Shown here: one piece after another, positions 54,750 through 64,000 of the stretch
Numbering within the stretch: position 1 is the stretch's first letter
Layout: each line of letters starts with the position of its first letter
Source: Eledone cirrhosa
Lineage: Eukaryota
Length of the DNA stretch: 64,000 nt
Assembly (NCBI GenBank): GCA_964016885.1
Contig: OZ024741.1
Span: 150,722,001 to 150,786,000 of the forward strand
Direction of reading: 5' to 3'
Notes under the pieces: generated by a model
What the model was told of the DNA's origin: nothing
The model's input: only the letters and a program-made list of their open reading frames with translations
Databases searched by the model: none
Position numbers and translations under genes: made by a program

Positions 54750-56410
54750 TCCCCCACTAACAGTAAAGGGCGAGACGTTCCAAGAAAGGCTTCAAGAAAC
54801 CTGGCGGTGCTGCCCCAGTTGGGGCGTAGACGACCACTAGTCTAATAGCACAAGGGCGAGACGTTCCCAGAAAGGCTTCCGGGCGCCTAAAGAAATCCGA
54901 CCGTCCAGCCTCGGTCGGGGCGTAGACGGCCACCAGTCTAATAGCACCACCTTCACTATTGCTCACTTCCAGGACCACCAACTTTTCTTCCTAAACAGTA
55001 CTGCCAACCCGCTTCCCATTCCAGGACGACTAAAAGATGTGTATATATCAAAGTCGTCAAGGATAAGGGTTAGTGTGCGCGTGTCTGATATCCTAGTCTC
55101 ATTGAGACATCAGTAGCTAATGATGTTTGGTGTTAGTGTTGCCACATGTAGTGTTGGTGTTGGAGTTATTGAATTTGGTGATGTTTCTGCTTTTTAGTGT
55201 GGGTCTTCTGTTGGTTTTCTGGAGTATTTGAAAGCGGTGGGTTGGAAAAAATGTTTTAATGCTTCTTTTTTTTTTTGCCTTTTGAGATCCTCCCTCTTCG
55301 CTGCCAGAAGATGTGGTTGCTGTGTCTGAGTTCTTTAACTCAGATGGGTTTTGTAGTGTGACTGTGTGAGTGTGTGTATGTGTGTGTGTGTTTGTGGGTG
55401 TGCGCGCGCGTGTCTATCTGTTGGAAAAGGGGGAGAGGAGGGAGAGCTAAGTTAGGTGTCCCCTGGGTGATATTTATGATTCTTGCTGTTGCCGTTAGTG
55501 GTGGATATAGTTCTGTTGCTACTCTTGGAGGTGTTGTTGGATTTGCTGGTGCTGGTGTTGCTCCTACTGCTGCAGTTGTTGGCGTCGCTGTTGTGACTGA
55601 TGTCGCTACTGCTACCGGTGGTGGTGCCGCTGTTGTTCGTTGCTGGTGCTGTTGTTGTTGTTGGGGCCGTTGCATTGGCAGCAATGTTACTCTGTGGGTC
55701 CCTGCTGTTGCTTGTAGATGATAGAATGTTCTTAGGTGGATGGTTTCTCCACATTGATAACAACTACGCTTTTTGCCCTCTATGATCACACATAGCTCCA
55801 TGTGGTCTGAGATCTTGTCAATCTTCTTTGGGTTGATCTGGAGAAGTACTCCCAGATTAATACCAAACAAGTTTCCCCCATCATCTTCGTTACTTCCAGG
55901 AGGGTTTCACTTCCTACAGGACGATGCATGTATCCACCAGATGTCTAATTTTGCCGAGATTCCAAATATTTGAACCTTTATCGTCCTTCTCATGTAAGAG
56001 GAGAACATTATGAATTAGTCCAATTTATACGGAACTACACAGTACTTCTTTGCAGGGGACTCACCATAGAAAAGCTCTGAGATGCTCCCAAACTGCAACG
56101 TATTGTATATCTGGCATTAAGCCCCTCAGAGTTTTCTTCACATGGGATTATGGAGCCAGCTTCGACTTTTTGGACATGATGCCGATACATTTGTGAGTTA
56201 GGGTTTTTTCAGTTACTGCCAACACCTTATGTAAAAAATTTATGTTGGTCATCTTAACTGTCACAAGTTTGGCCGGCTGAGCCAAATATTCATCCCTCCT
56301 GGTTAAGTCTAAATGGAACAATTCCATGGTTTTCGTAGCCGTTGCTGCGAATGTGATTTTGTTGTCGTTGCTGTTGCTGCTGCAGTTTTCATGGTTGTTA
56401 TCACTGTTAT
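54750..56410 (-). mobile_element. Degenerate Tx1/L1-clade LINE 5' portion (ORF1 with zinc knuckle, start of APE endonuclease)
   Basis: IIEGKKRSCYQCGETIHLRTF; NETRI..; VVLEVSNSEGGAIRLVAVYAPT is homologous to 61.7 kb. Confidence 0.8.
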
Positions 56411-57859
56411 TGTGACAGGAGCAAAGATAAACCAGGAAAAGTCGGTGGGCTTGCAACTCGGCATCTGGAGAGGCAAGTCCATGCCGTCCGACAGCGTCGA
56501 GGGGCGCTGGACGGAAGGATCGGTTAAATTGCTCGGGGTCTAGTTCGGTCTGGACCTCCAGATGGAGAAAAACTGGAGCGGGGGTGACGAGCAGGGTGGC
56601 CTCTCTCACCCAGAAATGGGCCGAGAGGAGGTTGTCTCTGAAAGGCCGGGCAGAGGTGGCGAATGCGTACATCGTGTCCGTCTTCTACTACCGCCTGACC
56701 GTCGTACCTTGCCCCCGCCCAACTCTGACCAAAATGGAGCGCCTTCGCTTCCGCCTTTTGTGGAAGGGACATGCTCCCATGGTCAGACGACCCATTTGCT
56801 GTCAACACCCATTGCGTGGAGGACTAGGCATGCTGTGGCTGATGATGCGCAAACTTGCGCTGAGGCTGCGACATCTCTGGTGCTTCCTTGACGGTGAACA
56901 GGTGTGGTCGCCGTTTGCCAGACGCGCTTTTCCCAAGCTCGTCTCCTTGACGGAGCTGCAGTCCTGGATCAGGAGAAGACCGAGGGATAGCGCTTGGAAG
57001 CTGGAATGTCTCCAAGCGCTCAGCGCCCTCTACCGGCTGGGCACTAGTATCGGTGGAACATCCACCTCAGCGTTCCATAGAGGGCTAGTGGAGTGAAAGA
57101 GCGACGACGTTCTCGAGGAGACCCTGGGAGTCAAAGACGATCAGCTGTTCGTTCTTTTCAAGAGAACTTTCAAACTGGGGCCTATGGACAACTTCCAGAA
57201 ATCCCTGGCCTGGCAGTTCTACCGGGGAGCGTTGCTGGTTCGGGATAAGCTCTACAGGCACGGAGGTGCTGTCAGCCGAGCCTGTCCGAGATGCGCGCAG
57301 GGCGACGAAACCGTCCTGCACGCACGCGTTCAGTGCCCAAGCATTGCTGACTTGTGGAGCTATATCGAACAGTTGCTGTCGCGTGTAGGACTGATCCGGT
57401 TATCGACTGAGTCCATTGACACTTTGCTCTCCGGCCAATCCCTGATTAACTTTTTCAAGTTTCACTTGAAGAGGAAGATCAGGGTGGAGAGACAAGTGCT
57501 GTCTTCTAGTAAGTTTGTTGTAAGGTGGGTGAAAGTGGCGAGTCTGGTCCGAGTGAACAGGCCCGCTCTGAGTATACGCCTGTAGATTGAGGAGTGGGAA
57601 AAGTGAGAGAGGGCGCTTGGTCTGGTGGTCAGGGTGGCCGTGGTCTTTTGTGTGGTTTTCACGAATGACCCTCGGATGTTTCCCCCTTCCTGGGGAATTT
57701 TTGTTGTTTGAATTCTTTTGGATTTCTAGCCCGATTTTGTTATAACCTGTTTACATGACCAAAACCCACTTTGTATCGTCCTGTAATGTTCTGTGCCGTC
57801 TCTAATGTTTTTCTTCGTGTCATCCCTTGTGGCCAATAAAAAAACCATTATTATTATTA
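56411..57859 (+). mobile_element. 5'-truncated Tx1/L1-clade LINE (end of RT, C-terminal Zn domain, 3' UTR, (ATT)n)
   Basis: Similar to 63587-64000; CPRC...ETVLH....C motif. Confidence 0.9.
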
Positions 57860-59458
<1,599 letters not shown>

Positions 59459-59668
59459 GGCGACCTACGTAGTAAATCGTATCATTGTGAGCTCCGCAAA
59501 GGTTTGTTATTTTCAGTTATTTAAAATTGCCATTTATGGAAAATTTTTATTGTTAACTGTATATAAGTGCACATACATTGTTATCTGAAAAGGACACCCA
59601 AAAAGATTGGGGCCTTGTGCCCAAAATTTAAACTTTTATGATTATCAAAAAATTTCTTTGAAAAAATC

Positions 59669-61149
59669 ATGGCTGACTCACCTCTGCACCAAGCAACTGA
59701 GAGCCTTCCTCACAAACTAACACCTCACACCGACACCACCATTGTAAATATTACTACGTTTGCCAACACTAAAAAAAATATAAGCAGTAGCAATATTTTA
59801 AATTTGTCTCAGGCAGACATTCATTTCCCGCCATTAACAATGACTGCAGGTGTTAAAGCCGCCACAACCACCACCACCACCACGACAACCCCCCACCACC
59901 GCGACAACAGAAACAAAAGAAAAAATAAATTAACTCGTGATATCGAAATGAATTCAACCAAAATGAACTCTTCCACACCGAACCCCACTGACGCCACCAC
60001 CACCACCACCACAACTGAAACTAAAATTAATAATAACAAAAATAACGATAACAACAACAACAGCAACAATGACATTAAGAAAACCACCCTGAGTTTTGCC
60101 AGAGTAGCAAAACAGTGCGAAGCATTTCTGGTAACTCAGGAGGAATTAGAAGAAGCCAAAAAAATGGTAAAGAATGATGGGTACAGGGTCAGCCTCACCC
60201 CCCACCTAATAAAATGGAGCATCGGCGCCTATGCACCGTGTCTTATCGAACAATTAATATAAAATCGCGCCGAGTGGAACGGGCATCCGAGTCCCAAATC
60301 CCAAAAGCTTTGTGACATGTGTGGGCAAAGAAAAACCACATCAGACGTGAGCAGAAGTATGGAACCGTGGACGTGTTCTTTGAAACACCACAGGAGGCTA
60401 GAGAACACTCCATGGCCCCATTAAGAAGTGACGAATTCACACTCGTCCCAAGCTATTGTGGCCAGAGACTCGTAAAGATCAGGGTGACCCACATTCCACC
60501 GGCCATCGAAATTCCCTGGCTAATAGCTGTCGTCCTCGCCGGCATCGAAGCCAACACCAAGATAATAGAAATAGCGAAAGAAAAGCAGGAGAACTGGTCC
60601 GGATCTGGGATGAAGCTCCTGATCCAAGCGGACCAAAAAAGCATTGAGGAGATCCCAGAGGTAATAGACTTCACTGACGGCAGCCACCTCACCGTAATTG
60701 TCGAGGGCAGAAGGCCTAGGTGTGTCATTTGTGGTGAAGGAACCCACCTAAGGGCTTTCTGCCCTCAGGCTAAAAGGTTGAGGCCACCTCTCTTACCCAC
60801 CCCAGTGACTCAACCATCAACACCACCAGCAGCAGAGATGGCAGCAACAACTGTAGCAGCAACAACAGAAGAAACTGTAACAGCAACAACCCCAGCAACA
60901 GTAGCGAAACCAAAACCACCACCACCCAACGCTTCAGAACTAGCACCAGCGCCTACACCATCCACCACGCCACAACCAAAACTAACGCCTGTGAAGGATT
61001 TTCCACTCCCCGGCCTATCACAACTGGAGACAGATTGTGACGACGAGGAGTGGGAAACGGTATTAGGAAAAAAAAAAGAAACCAAAAAAGAAAAAAATCT
61101 CTTCCTTCCCCCTCCAAAAACAAAACACAGAGGGAAACAAATAAATTAA
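59669..61149 (+). pseudogene. ORF1 (gag-like, CCHC knuckle) of a Tx1/L1-clade LINE, interrupted near 60260-60316
   Basis: LSFARV; VEGRRPRCVICGEGTHLRAFC; Pro/Thr-rich tail; WETV.GKK. Confidence 0.8.
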
Positions 61150-61573
61150 CAAACAAAAAAGTTAGGACAGATGTGCCACCATCCACACCAGCATCACCAA
61201 CCCCATCACTCCAAACACCAACACCATCACCATCATTAACCCCAACACCACCATCACCTACACCACAAAAGTCACCAAAATGCGAAACAGAAACAAACCC
61301 ACAACAAACGCAAACAAAACAAAACAACCAAAACGATACACACTACACAGCATTAAATTTGAACAACAAGCAATTATTACACTACATCCAACACAACACC
61401 AGCATCACAGAAAAAGACTACACAACAACCCCAAAATTCACACCACCTCCACACATACAAATCACTCGCATCACACAGAAAACGTACATGACACTAAAAC
61501 AAAAATTCCCAAAAGACATCGGAGATTTCCGACAAGCACTCTCCAGGAGGATTTATAAGGACATCCTTCCTGA

Positions 61574-64000
61574 GGAATCTCCGAAGCACGGGCCTTCGCA
61601 CCGATCTTCGGCGGCTACGATGTGTACGCATCTTCCAGCCGTCCGGGATCGGGGGGAGGAGTTGCTGTGCTTTTTCGGAGAGGTTTGGATCTTGCCATAC
61701 GGGCCATCTTCCTGGACCCAGAAGGTAAGTTGGTGGTGCTGGACGTGACCAGCGGAGATGGGCAAGCTTTCAGGTTAGTGGCCGTCTATGCCCCGACAGG
61801 AGCAGGGCGGCCTGATTTCTTCCGGCGTCTGGAGACCTTTCTTGGAACGTCCCGCTCTTTAGTGTTAGTGGGCGACTGGAACGGGATTTTAGATGCACGC
61901 TGGGATTGTGTGGGATTAGTGGATAGGGGAGGAGGGTGCAAGAGTCTCACCAACCTGCTCAGGCATTGTGAACTGTCTGACAGGTACCGATTGGATTTCC
62001 CGAATGTACCAATGTGGACTTGGACAAATCGCATAGGGTCATCCAGATCATATCTAGATAGAGTATTTTGTAGGGAAATAGATAGGTCTAGCATAGGCTG
62101 TCCACAATTCAAGATAGTCAGCTACACGGACCACAAATTCGGGATCTGTGTGCTTGACTTAGATAGGCTTCATAGACGAGGACTCGGCTACTGGAAGCTA
62201 AACGCGTCCTTACCAGCGCGCAAGGCCTACAGAGACCGGATTAGCGAACTAGTTAAGCGAGCGTTGACGGGGGCCATCGTCAACAATAAGTGGTGGTTTG
62301 CTCTGAAAAGAGCAATTAGAATAGAGTCCATTAGGTTTAGTAAGGCTTTAGCAATAGAGAAAAATAGAGCAGAGGGAGAATTAGTTAGAAAATTAGACGA
62401 GGCGCTTTGCAAAGGCTTCGCAACCGACGTACTTACGGCGAAATTGGCCCTTGACCAATTCTTCAATGCAAAGCACGAAGGCTGCGTTGTCAGAGCTAGG
62501 GTGCGTGCTTTCAGACACGAGGGGACGAAAGCCGTTCAATGGACCCGAGTGGCGGAGGCGCGTCGTGGCAACAAAGCCACGATCCGGTCTTTGGTGGACC
62601 ACGACGGGCGCATGCTACTCGATCCCGGGAAAATGTGTGAAGCTTTTCAGCGACACTTCGCTCAACTGTTCGGGGGCAGCGGTGGGCCGGGTCGAGGGAT
62701 GGACTTTAGTGTCTACCTCGACGGACTGCCGCGGTTCTCGGCCACTGAGGCGGAGTGTTGCGAAAAGCCGATAACAGCCGCTGAAGTACGGGAGGCAATG
62801 ACTGGCTGCGTAAGGGGTAAATCGCCTGGTTTGGATGGTCTGCCCTATGAAATTTACGTACAAATGCCAGACTTGTTCGGAGGCCTCTTGGCGGACGGCT
62901 ACTGCAACTGGCAACAGAACGGGAGAATTCCCAGCTCTGTGAGCCGAGGAGCGGTGGCGCTGCTGAGAAAGGATCCGAACAAGGGGGATAACATAGATAA
63001 TTTTAGGCCCATAACTCTGCTAAACACAGAGTTCAAGATTTTGGCCAAGGTGCTAGCAAAGAGGTTGGCGCTTGTCGTTGGTGGTCTGGTGGGAGAGGCA
63101 CAGACATGCGCCATTCCCGACAGATCCATCCACGACAACCTCCACCTCATGCGATACATCGTAGAGAGGGTAGCTAGGGAACCTGGCACGGGTGGGTCTT
63201 TGATCAATTTAGATCAGTCGAAAGCCTTCGATAGGGTCGACCATCGTTACCTAGCGGCAGTCCTGAGGGCGGCTGGCTTTGGGCCCGTCTTCAGAGGCTG
63301 GGTCGCTGCCATGCACAGCGACATCTGCTCTGTAGTGAGAGTGAACGGTCACCTTTCGGAACCGTTCAACATCATGCGCTCGGTCCGCCAAGGATGTCCC
63401 CTCTCGTCCCTATTGTACGTATTGACTCTCGAGCCATTACTGCACAAACTGGAGACGTTGAGGGGGGTCCCGCGCGAACTAGGATGCGGAAGATCCGTGT
63501 CAGCATATGCCGACGATGTCACCGTAGTGGTGTCGAACGCCAAACACATCGAGGCGATTGGCACTACACTAAGAGAATACGAAGCGGTGACAGGAGCAAT
63601 GATCAACCAGGAAAAGTCAGTGGGCCTGCAGCTCGGCACCTGGAGAGGCAGCTCCATGCCGTCCAACAGCGTCATCGGGCGCTGGACGGACGGACCGGTT
63701 AAATTGCTAGGGGTCTGGTTCGGTCCAGACTTCCAGACGGACAAAAACTGGGACGAGGTGACGAGCAGGGTGGCTTCTCTCACCCAGAAATGGGCGGAGA
63801 GGAAGCTATCCCTGAAAGGTCGAGCGGAGGTGGCGAATGCGTACATCGCATCCGTCATCTACTACCGCCTGACCGTCGTACCTTGTCCTAAGCCCCGCCT
63901 GACTGCGCTGGAGCGTTTGCTCTTTCGCTTCTTGTGGAAGGGACGCGCTCCGATGGTCAGGCGGTCCATCTGCTGTCAACACCCGCTACGTGGAGGGCTG
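61574..64000 (+). CDS. ORF2 (APE endonuclease plus reverse transcriptase) of a Tx1/L1-clade LINE; N-terminus damaged, runs off the window
   Basis: GGVAVLF, VYAP, GDWN, SYLDR, TDH, GKSPGLDG, FRPITLLN, LDQSKAFDRV, QGCPLS, YADD (63506); EN and RT are in the same frame. Confidence 0.92.

Noticed and set aside
54750-57859. Single LINE with a twin-priming 5' inversion
   Set aside because: About 1.7 kb is missing between the segments and the minus part looks more decayed; independent insertions are as likely

Overview
Repeat-dense, AT-rich animal genomic DNA. The SINE families and microsatellite load suggest a cephalopod such as Octopus; this is inference. Main contents: an 8 kb 24-bp satellite; one intronless 385-aa coiled-coil ORF; several Penelope-like element (PLE) remnants with RT and/or GIY-YIG domains, two of them bounded by long inverted repeats; a cluster of Tx1/L1-clade LINEs; an RTE fragment; many tRNA-derived SINEs; and many short non-coding elements of about 440-740 bp, often tandem and flanked by (AT)n, that carry hammerhead ribozyme (HHR) motifs. 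The most striking signal is a non-circularly permuted, multi-pseudoknotted hammerhead-like RNA, ordered NUH-stem I ... GAAA-stem III ... stem I'-CUGAUGA. It occurs in nine copies from five divergent sequence variants, with compensatory changes in all four helices, including one copy per unit of a 495-bp tandem array. Conventional minimal type I HHRs also occur in several other unit families. All structures were folded by eye; no cleavage activity is shown.
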